Shown here piece after piece: positions 1 to 7,713 of a stretch of DNA of 64,000 nucleotides. The stretch spans positions 3,808,001-3,872,000 of the forward strand of contig OZ240248.1 of NCBI GenBank assembly GCA_965198235.1, written 5' to 3'. Under the pieces are notes generated by a model. That model was not told where the DNA came from, did not search any database, and was given only the letters and a program-made list of their open reading frames with translations. The stretch comes from Candidatus Poribacteria bacterium (GTDB taxonomy: Bacteria; Poribacteria; WGA-4E; WGA-3G). The position numbers and the translations under genes are program-made. The number at the start of each line of letters is the position of its first letter. The first letter of the stretch is position 1.

Positions 1-154
1 CTCTGTCATCTAAAGGGTAGTGAGCGATGAGGTTTACTGTGGATGCCTCGTTATCCTTGAGTTCAACGCCAGTTGCACTTAATTCAAAGAGAAAGTGCGC
101 GACGGCTTCGGATGCTTCTTGAGAGGTAGTCACCGTAATTCTTGCCCAGTCCAT
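1..154 (-). CDS. prmA: Ribosomal protein L11 methyltransferase, 5' part (runs off window)
   Basis: Own translation from ATG at 154: MDWARITVTTSQEASEAVAHFLFELSATGVELKD, a PrmA-like N-terminus; canonical position after dnaJ. Confidence 0.75.
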   Translation of the reverse strand, partial: MDWARITVTTSQEASEAVAHFLFELSATGVELKDNEASTVNLIAHYPLDDR

Positions 155-205
155 GTTTACCACGTTTCTGCGTTGGCACTTTCTCAGAAAACTGACCGGT
201 AGTCT

Positions 206-1330
206 CTATTCGGGTTCCTCGTCTTCATGTCTACCGAGCAGCTTATCCCAGAATCCGCCGTGTTCGCTTTGATGGGATTCTCCTCGAAGTTTCGCAAATT
301 CTTCTAACGTTTTTCGCTGTTCCGTGTTGAGATGCACTGGTGTCTCAATCTCTACCCTCACGACCAGATCCCCTGAATAGGAGCGTCTGTAATGTGGAAC
401 CCCTTTGTTAGGGATACGCAGTTGGGCACCGTACTGTGTACCCGGTGGAATATGCAATTCTTCATTTTCATCAATACTATCAACTTCAATTTTCCCACCG
501 AGGGTGGCTTGGACGAACGAGATTTTGGCGGATGTAATCAGGTCGTTTCGGTCACGTTGGAAACGTTCGTGCGGTTCGACATTGATAACGACAAACAAAT
601 CACCCGGAGGCGCGCCGTTTACACCCGCTTCGCCTTCACCTCGCAGTTGGTACTTGAAACCTGTATCAACGCCTTTGTCAATATTTAACGGAATGTCGCG
701 CGTGTTTCGAACAACGCCTCTTCCGCCACAGGGTTGGCAAGGTTCTGTAATAATTGCACCTTCCCCACGACATCTCGGACAAGTTCGCGACATTGTGAAA
801 AAACCTTGTGATTGGCTGATTTGACCTCTGCCGTAACATTGCGGACACGTTACGGGACTCGTTCCTTTTCTGGCACCACTGCCTTCACATGTGGGGCACG
901 ATTCAATCCGTGGCACTTGGATTGTGACCTCTTTGCCGTGAATAACGTCTTCCAATGTTACGTCGAGGTTATATTGTAAACTGCGTCCGCGTTTGGGTGT
1001 ACGCTGCGTACCACCGCTGAATCCACCGAAGAGGTCGCCAAAGACATCACCGAAAATGTCGTCAAGGTTCACACCAAAACCGCCGAAGTCGCTCCCCATG
1101 CCCTCCAGTCCTGCGTGCCCGAACCTATCATAACGGTCCCGTTTCTCAGGGTCTCGCAGCACTTCATAAGCCTCTGTGGCTTCTTTGAATTTGTCTTCGG
1201 CGACTTCATCGCCCGGGTTCTTATCCGGATGGAATTGTATGGCGAGTTTGCGATAAGCCTTCTTTATTTCGTCTTCGTCGGCATCACGATTGACGTTCAG
1301 AATCTCATAATAGTCGCGTTTTTGCGTCAT
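206..1330 (-). CDS. dnaJ: Chaperone DnaJ
   Basis: J-domain with HPD, G/F-rich region, four CxxCxGxG repeats. Confidence 0.98.
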   Translation of the reverse strand: MTQKRDYYEILNVNRDADEDEIKKAYRKLAIQFHPDKNPGDEVAEDKFKEATEAYEVLRDPEKRDRYDRFGHAGLEGMGSDFGGFGVNLDDIFGDVFGDLFGGFSGGTQRTPKRGRSLQYNLDVTLEDVIHGKEVTIQVPRIESCPTCEGSGARKGTSPVTCPQCYGRGQISQSQGFFTMSRTCPRCRGEGAIITEPCQPCGGRGVVRNTRDIPLNIDKGVDTGFKYQLRGEGEAGVNGAPPGDLFVVINVEPHERFQRDRNDLITSAKISFVQATLGGKIEVDSIDENEELHIPPGTQYGAQLRIPNKGVPHYRRSYSGDLVVRVEIETPVHLNTEQRKTLEEFAKLRGESHQSEHGGFWDKLLGRHEDEEPE

Positions 1331-1348
1331 ATATTGCCCTTCCTGAGT

Positions 1349-2200
1349 CTATTCAGTAGTGTCAGTAGCATCCGTATCATCCGATACGTCGTCTGATGCT
1401 TCTTCTTCGGCGGGTCCCTGTGAAACGACAACTTGCGAGGCGCGCAAGACACGGGCATGCAACATATAACCACGCCGAAATTCCTCAATAACTTTTCCCT
1501 CGGGTACATCATCCGATGCTGTGACAAGGAGTGCCTCGTGCTGATTTGGATCGAATGTTTCACCAACTGCTTCTATCGGTGTAAGTCCGTGGATTTTGAG
1601 TGCATCTAATAATTGTTTATGGACAAGTTGCACGCCTTCGTTGAAAGTCGTGAAAGTTGGCGAAGCCTCGCTCGTCTCGCCTTGTTCTGCTACGCTTTTG
1701 ATCGCGGCTTCCAGACTGTCCAAGACCGGGATCATCCCTTCTAAAATTCCCTCATTGGCGAATTTGAGCTGCCGTTGATAATCAGCTTGCAAGCGTTTTT
1801 TGGTATTCTCAGCTTCTGCTGCTGTGCGCAGGAGACGATCGCGTTCCGCCTTGTATTCCTCATGTACCTGTTGCACAGCAGTCTCTACCTCTTTTTCGAT
1901 TTCTGTGTGCAATAAGTCTTCACGTTCTGCTTCGTATTGCTCGCGCACCCTTTGTACGATCGCCTCTACTTCTTCTTTGACTTCCGAAGTGAGGTTGGCA
2001 GCCGTTTCTTCGACTGGCGCGATGCGCTCTTCTATCTCCTTTTTCACTTCCGATTTAACTGTATCAAGTGCCGTCTCCGCGATCTCTCGCATCCGTTCGA
2101 CAAGTGTTTTTTCTTTGCCGTCAGTGGTATCGTTATCAGCAGACGCTTCTGTTTCTGTTTCTTCTCCTGTTTCTATGTGTATCTCTTTAACTTCAGGCAT
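1349..2200 (-). CDS. grpE: Nucleotide exchange factor GrpE with extended N-terminal coiled coil
   Basis: AEAENTKKR, FDPNQHEA, GYMLHARVLRASQVVV motifs; directly upstream of dnaJ. Confidence 0.95.
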   Translation of the reverse strand: MPEVKEIHIETGEETETEASADNDTTDGKEKTLVERMREIAETALDTVKSEVKKEIEERIAPVEETAANLTSEVKEEVEAIVQRVREQYEAEREDLLHTEIEKEVETAVQQVHEEYKAERDRLLRTAAEAENTKKRLQADYQRQLKFANEGILEGMIPVLDSLEAAIKSVAEQGETSEASPTFTTFNEGVQLVHKQLLDALKIHGLTPIEAVGETFDPNQHEALLVTASDDVPEGKVIEEFRRGYMLHARVLRASQVVVSQGPAEEEASDDVSDDTDATDTTE

Positions 2201-2263
2201 AATGAAGTCCTTTTCTCTTTCTATAGGCGTGCTTGGGAATCACGCTTGTTTTAGTAGTCCATT

Positions 2264-3010
2264 TTAGCCGTGAACGGCGTTAGCGAATGCCCTCATCAGT
2301 TCGAGGGATCCGTTTTCTTCAAGAATGTTACCTGTGACGATGAAGTCCGCACCGGCTTCTACCTTTTTAGCGGCAATTTCTGGGGTGCGGATGCCTCCAC
2401 CGACGATTAGCGGGATGCTGATTTGATTTTTCACTGTTGTGATCATCTCTTCTGGGACAGAGTGCACTGCGCCACTTCCTGCCTCCAGATAAACCATCTG
2501 CATGCCGAGATACTCTGCAGCCAATGCATGCGGTCCCGCAATGTCGGGTTTATCGCGTGGGATGGGCATTGTGCCACTCATAAATTCAACAGCGGTTTTG
2601 TTACCGCCTTCAATCAGCATGTAGCCAGTTGGAATGGGTTTAAGCGCGTGACGTTGTATCCACGGTGCCGCTTTGACCTGTTCGCCAATGAGATAGTTCG
2701 GGTTGCGTCCACTTATGAGACTGATATACAGAATCGCATCAGCGTGGGGGGTGAGGTGCATCGAATCGCCCGGAAATAGCACCAGCGGGAGTTCTGTTTC
2801 CTGCTTAAGGGCTTTCGCGATGAGGTGCAAATCGTTCGTTAAAAAACTGCCACCGAGCAAAATTGCGTCTGCACCCGCCTGCTCTATTTCGCGCGCAAGC
2901 TTGATGCATTTTTCAATTTCACACTGCTCCGGATCAATTAGAACGAAATAACCAGCATGGTGCTTTTTCAATACCTCGTGAAAGTAGTTAAGAACCCAAT
3001 TTGATCTCAA
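2264..3010 (-). CDS. Geranylgeranylglyceryl phosphate synthase family (GGGPS/PcrB, group II-like)
   Basis: LIDPE, ADAILLGGS, LFPG, SGRNPNYLIGEQ, YLEAGSGA, VGGGIR, VTGN motifs; TTG start. Confidence 0.92.
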   Translation of the reverse strand: MRSNWVLNYFHEVLKKHHAGYFVLIDPEQCEIEKCIKLAREIEQAGADAILLGGSFLTNDLHLIAKALKQETELPLVLFPGDSMHLTPHADAILYISLISGRNPNYLIGEQVKAAPWIQRHALKPIPTGYMLIEGGNKTAVEFMSGTMPIPRDKPDIAGPHALAAEYLGMQMVYLEAGSGAVHSVPEEMITTVKNQISIPLIVGGGIRTPEIAAKKVEAGADFIVTGNILEENGSLELMRAFANAVHG

Positions 3011-3104
3011 ATGCGATTTTCCTTCTGTGCCTATGATAAATCTCGGTTTGAATGCTATGCCCTTTCTGATATTGCGGATTTATGGAGCGCCAGTTATTTT
3101 AAGA

Positions 3105-3133
3105 ATTCTATCATATTTATGGCGATTTGTCAA
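3105..3133 (-). promoter_or_regulatory. sigma70-type promoter for GGGPS-grpE-dnaJ-prmA
   Basis: Minus strand TTGACA-17-TAGAAT with TG extended -10; the -35 overlaps the upstream stop codon. Confidence 0.65.
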
Positions 3134-4350
3134 ATTCTGTGTTGTCGCGTGAGTTCATAAAGTAGAACACCCGCGGCGACTCCTACGTTGAGTGATGATT
3201 GCCCTGATGCCATAGGGATGCAAACTAATTCCGTGCAGCAGTCACGTGCATCAGCGGAGAGACCTGTATTCTCATTACCTACGACGATAGCCGTGGGTCG
3301 TGTAAATTCCATTTCATGCAGTTGGTTTTTGGCACTTGCTGTGGCACCCAGCACTTGCCAACCTGAGGCACGGAGTACATCAATCGCATCACCGATGTCT
3401 GGTATGTAGAATAAGGGTAAACGACCAACTGCCCCGCGGGAAGCACGGATGCAGTTTTTATGAAAAGGGCTTGCACCTCCACCGCTCAATAGGACGGCGG
3501 TGACTCCTGCCGCGTCTGCTGTCCGTAGCGTCATTCCAAGATTATCAGGATTTCCAATGTTCTCTGCGATGAGTAATATACATCTCGGACTAAAGTGAAA
3601 ATTGAGACTTCCGGACTCCGAAAGGAAGTTGGGGTAGCTGAGATGAACCGAAGCGATTATAGATGGCACGGGTCGCGTCGTCGTAATTGAACCCATCACG
3701 CCATCGTTCACTTGATAAGAGGATAGGTTTTCTGCCGCTGCACGTTTGAGCAAAGCTCTCCCTTCGAGTGTCGCCACAAATCCTGTCGTATGGAGAAGTA
3801 TTTCGATCGGAAGTCCGTCTTCCACTGCTCGTTCTACTATCAGATGTCCTTCGATGATAAATTGGGAGTGTTCAAGTTTCCCTTTCAAAGAGGCTAATTT
3901 GCGAATATGCGAAGCTATTGTGTCCTTCCGTTTTGAGACAGTTCGTTGTTCTGCGTTTGTGCTGCTGCCGCGTTTGATACCCCGATAGAAAGAACCCGTA
4001 CCTGTCTGAACCACGCTCCCCTCTAAAACGTCGTGGATTCTGTTTTCTATCCACTTTTCGCTAAAATGAAATAGACCTGTGTATCGCCTCGGAAAAGCGA
4101 TGAGTAGTTCTCTCAAGCTCCGTTCAGTTGTCGTTGTGAGATGAACTCGGTAGTTACTGTCAGATGTGTCCTCCGGTTCTAACAACATAACCCCATCAAG
4201 CTGCTGCCAGCCTGTAACAAATACCTCGTATGCAGGGTGCCATGTGCCCGTTTTGCAGAAGGTATAATACGCCTGCTTAAAACGGGAAACGGCATCTGCA
4301 TCCAAGCTCTCTTTCTCCAAGAAAGCAATAACCTTATCGTAGTTTATCAT
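3130..4350 (-). CDS. TrmH/SpoU-family RNA methyltransferase with about 135-aa extra N-terminal domain
   Basis: ENIGNPDNLGMTLRTADAAG, VVGNENTGLS, IPMASGQSSLNVGVAAG SPOUT motifs; ATG at 4350 overlaps the upstream TGA (ATGA). Confidence 0.88.
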   Translation of the reverse strand: MINYDKVIAFLEKESLDADAVSRFKQAYYTFCKTGTWHPAYEVFVTGWQQLDGVMLLEPEDTSDSNYRVHLTTTTERSLRELLIAFPRRYTGLFHFSEKWIENRIHDVLEGSVVQTGTGSFYRGIKRGSSTNAEQRTVSKRKDTIASHIRKLASLKGKLEHSQFIIEGHLIVERAVEDGLPIEILLHTTGFVATLEGRALLKRAAAENLSSYQVNDGVMGSITTTRPVPSIIASVHLSYPNFLSESGSLNFHFSPRCILLIAENIGNPDNLGMTLRTADAAGVTAVLLSGGGASPFHKNCIRASRGAVGRLPLFYIPDIGDAIDVLRASGWQVLGATASAKNQLHEMEFTRPTAIVVGNENTGLSADARDCCTELVCIPMASGQSSLNVGVAAGVLLYELTRQHRI

Positions 4351-5195
4351 AGAAACGTTCCGAGATAGATTGCGCCGAGTCCGACGAATATATCCCACTT
4401 CATCCAACGTTGAATGGACGCACAACTTTCTCTGGAGGCATCTTGACACAGACGAATTGCCAAACCGATTAGCACCACATCAACACCGATTAAGACGACA
4501 AGCAAGTAGTGCCATGAATACCAACCGAATAAATATGGAATGGGGCTAAACAGAATAACAGATGCCATGAAACCAATGGCTGTCCGGACTGCAATCCGTG
4601 GATTGAGCGTAGCAAGCGTTTTCGCGTTATTTTTCAGGTCCCCTTCTGTGTCCTCAAGGTCTTTGACGATTTCCCGCGCTGTCGTGAACAAAAAGGCGAA
4701 GATTGCTGGAATGAGTGTGCCTTGCACTGAATCTATCGCTACACCGCCAGCAATGAAGGTTAAACCCGTTAATCCGCTGACGACTAAATTGCCGACAAAA
4801 GGGGTGCGTTTCAACCAGAAAGCATAGCTTACAAGTGCAACGAACACAAAGATGGCAATACCTGTAGCATTTCTATTAATAAGAGCCCCCAACCAGATGC
4901 CGATTACGGTAAGTACTATCGCAAAAATTAGTGCATCGGTACGCCGAATGCGTCCAGAAGGTAGCGGGCGCCGCGGGCGATTGATTCGGTCAATGTTGTA
5001 ATCACAGTAATCGTTTATGGCGTTTCCTGCGGAAAGCAAGACAAGCGCGGAGACAGAAACCAACAGAAGTCGGATATTGGCAAGGTTTTCCATGTTCCCT
5101 TGGCTGGCAAACATCCCACCGAGCCATGCAGAGATGAAGGCGATAATTCCGTTAAGTGGACGCGCCAACTCAAGATACGCGATCAATGTCTTCAT
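4347..5195 (-). CDS. UbiA-family prenyltransferase, digeranylgeranylglyceryl phosphate synthase-like
   Basis: LARPLN start, NAINDYCDYNIDRINRPRRPLPSG, LKRTPFVGNLVVS and REIVKDLEDTEGD motifs; multiple TM helices. Confidence 0.85.
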   Translation of the reverse strand: MKTLIAYLELARPLNGIIAFISAWLGGMFASQGNMENLANIRLLLVSVSALVLLSAGNAINDYCDYNIDRINRPRRPLPSGRIRRTDALIFAIVLTVIGIWLGALINRNATGIAIFVFVALVSYAFWLKRTPFVGNLVVSGLTGLTFIAGGVAIDSVQGTLIPAIFAFLFTTAREIVKDLEDTEGDLKNNAKTLATLNPRIAVRTAIGFMASVILFSPIPYLFGWYSWHYLLVVLIGVDVVLIGLAIRLCQDASRESCASIQRWMKWDIFVGLGAIYLGTFL

Positions 5196-5492
5196 TGTTT
5201 GTGATCGGGACCGTTGAATGATAATCTGTTAGGGGTAACGGATACTGAAGCGCGTTCCATAATACCAGCGTACGGATTGCAATATTGCTTGGACCAGAGG
5301 AGGTACAGTGGAAAAAGAACGCCTGTGCAGAAACCGGATGCGTTGGCGTACAAGTCGAGATGGGTCTTCCCTTTAGATGAAAGAGGTAGGGGCATTCAGT
5401 TCTTCTGTAGGAGGGAACTCCGATTCCCGACACTATTGGAAACCATCGGCTATTTTACTGACGACTGACCGCTGACTGCTGATGGCTATTCT

Positions 5493-5623
5493 GTAGGAGG
5501 GGGGAAATCCGCAGGGAAATCCGCAGAAATACCCAAGCAAAAACACCCCTATCAAAAACCCCAAGCAATCCGCAGAAATACCCAAGCAAAAACACCCCTA
5601 TCAAAAACACTCCGATTTCCGAC
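5493..5623. repeat. GTAG-headed REP-like unit interrupted by a 42-bp direct repeat
   Basis: 5518-5559 equals 5567-5608; the flanks rebuild the intact unit GTAGGAGGGAACTCCGATTCCCGAC seen at 5407-5431. Confidence 0.8.
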
Positions 5624-5654
5624 TCCTCTCGCAAATCAAGGAAAATCGCGAAAA

Positions 5655-5774
5655 CTATGGTGAATCCTAAAAATGAATAGACAGTTGCTCAGTGAACCAA
5701 CCGCTCACCCCTGCTGGCGAGGATTGTATCCTCGCCTCCCCGCAATGTCCAAGTAATTGTGGGTTTTACCATAA
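5655..5774. repeat. MITE-like element with imperfect ~28-bp terminal inverted repeats enclosing a hairpin
   Basis: Right end TGTCCAAGTAATTGTGGGTTTTACCATAA is close to the reverse complement of 15406-15435; internal GGCGAGGATTGTATCCTCGCC hairpin. Confidence 0.6.
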
Positions 5775-5853
5775 ATGACCCTAAAAAGAGGCGCATAGAG
5801 TAGACAAATCCGAGTGTGACTGATAGTGAGACACCCCGTTTCCGGTAATATGC

Positions 5854-6906
5854 CTACGATTCATCCTTCAGTTCTTGAATTTTCGCTTCCAGTTCCGCAA
5901 CCCGTTTTTGGAGTTTAGTGAATTCAGGGAGTAGTTCCGGCAATTTCCGAGTCGCCGCGTGAATTCGTAATTCCTGTTTGTGAGGGCGTGCGGGGAATCC
6001 AGACAGATGACTGCCGGCAGGCATATCCTTTGTAACTGCGGATTTGGCGTAAACAACACTGTCTTCGCCGAGGGTCAGGTGTCCTGCTGCACCTCCATGC
6101 CCCGCAATGTTCACTCGATCACCGAGCGTCGCGCTGCCAGCGATACCGACTTGTGCGGCGAGGCAGCAATCTTCTCCGATGACAACGTTATGTGCGATTT
6201 GGACGAGATTATCCAATTTGGTGCCGCGTTTGATAAGCGTTTCAGAAAGTGTCGCTCTATCAATGGTAGTATTCGCTCCAATTTCAACATCGTCTTCAAT
6301 GACCACGGTTCCGATTTGGGGAATTTTGTGGTGTCGGTTGCTAACAGGTGCGAATCCGAAGCCGTCGCTGCCAATAACTGCACCGCAGTGGATGATCACC
6401 CGGTTGCCGATGGTTACCTCTTCTCGAATACTGACATGTGGATAGATAAGACCATCAGTGCCGATCTTGGTTCCTTCACCGATGTAGGCAAAGGGCTGAA
6501 TAACGGTATCATCTCCAATCTCAACGTTGTCAGCGATATAAGCAAACGCTTGGATTGAGACGCGCTCACCGAGTTTGACGTTCTTTCCTAAAATTGCAGT
6601 CTCATGAACCCCGGGAAGTGCGCGATGGTTTTTGTCCCACGCGAACATTTCTATAACTTTGACGAAAGCCCAGTAGGGGTTCTCAACACAGATAGTAGGC
6701 TTACCGTTACCGTTGACACCGCGGCCAATAATAATTGCGCCGGCTTGTGTTGTCGCTATGGCAGCGAGGTATTTGGGGTTAGCAACAAAGGTAATCTGAC
6801 TTGGGAGTGCCTCTTTGATTCCAGAAACTCCTGTAATTTCAATATCACCGTTCCCAGAAAGATCGCCGTCCAAGCGTTCACAAATTTCCTTAAGCTTCAT
6901 ACGCAT
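5854..6906 (-). CDS. lpxD: UDP-3-O-(3-hydroxyacyl)glucosamine N-acyltransferase
   Basis: Hexapeptide repeats, GSDGFGF, EIGANTTIDR, KLDNLVQIAHNV. Confidence 0.96.
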   Translation of the reverse strand: MRMKLKEICERLDGDLSGNGDIEITGVSGIKEALPSQITFVANPKYLAAIATTQAGAIIIGRGVNGNGKPTICVENPYWAFVKVIEMFAWDKNHRALPGVHETAILGKNVKLGERVSIQAFAYIADNVEIGDDTVIQPFAYIGEGTKIGTDGLIYPHVSIREEVTIGNRVIIHCGAVIGSDGFGFAPVSNRHHKIPQIGTVVIEDDVEIGANTTIDRATLSETLIKRGTKLDNLVQIAHNVVIGEDCCLAAQVGIAGSATLGDRVNIAGHGGAAGHLTLGEDSVVYAKSAVTKDMPAGSHLSGFPARPHKQELRIHAATRKLPELLPEFTKLQKRVAELEAKIQELKDES

Positions 6907-6991
6907 TTAGCCTTAATCCTTTCTCCGTAGATGTGAATGGTTATTCGGGGTTACAAACCCCTCCCACAACTGGAGTTTAGGCAGTGTAGCG

Positions 6992-7537
6992 TTATTCGGA
7001 GTTTTCGTTCATCAAGCCGATTAACTGTTGTGTCAAATCATATTCCTTTTTCACATAAAGTGTGATGAGTCGTTTTTCGAGGATGATGTCAAAATCTTCG
7101 GACTCACCGACTTTGACAATCAGTTCTTGAAGGCTGTTGTAAATCGGTTCCATTAACTCTTGCTCTTTTTCAAGCAGTGCTTGCTGGCCGATTTCGACAT
7201 CACGTTGGTATTCCTGCTGTTTGAGACGAATTTCGTTTTCCAAATCCGCGGTCTGTGCTTTTTCAACGAAGAGTTCTGTTTTCGCCTTCTTTTCCTGCAG
7301 TGCTCTGATATCGTCTCCTAACTGCTGCAACTTCGTTTTCAGGCGTTCGCTTGCCGCTTGGAGCAGTTCGGTTGCATCCGTCGCTTTTTGGGATCCTTCT
7401 AAAACCTGTTGTGTGTTTACGACACCGATTTTGAAAGATTCCTGCCCGATACTTCCCGTACTGAAACAGAAAACTGTGAGACCGATAATTAATAGAATTA
7501 GGTGTGCTTGGCAAGCACCCAACCGAAATGGTTTCAT
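6992..7537 (-). CDS. skp: OmpH/Skp periplasmic chaperone
   Basis: Signal peptide, KIGVVN, coiled coil, FDIILEK...YDLT; between bamA and lpxD. Confidence 0.9.
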   Translation of the reverse strand: MKPFRLGACQAHLILLIIGLTVFCFSTGSIGQESFKIGVVNTQQVLEGSQKATDATELLQAASERLKTKLQQLGDDIRALQEKKAKTELFVEKAQTADLENEIRLKQQEYQRDVEIGQQALLEKEQELMEPIYNSLQELIVKVGESEDFDIILEKRLITLYVKKEYDLTQQLIGLMNENSE

Positions 7538-7713
7538 AATTTGAATCCTTACTTTGTCATATAGATGGCAAGCAAATTTCAAGAGTTTGTTGTTACACGC
7601 TGACACAGCGAGCAAAAATAAAAATTATACTTGCCGTGAAAAAAGATCTGCACCTGGATGCTAATAATGTGTGCTGTTAGTACTTTCAATACCTGCCAGT
7701 GCAGGACGTTGTT

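Noticed and set aside
5192-5395. 67-aa ORF overlapping the DGGGPS start by ATGA
   Set aside because: No recognisable motif or RBS, and it begins beside a repeat; cannot be supported without homologues
5518-5608. Possible CRISPR array
   Set aside because: Only two copies 7 bp apart, no spacers and no cas genes
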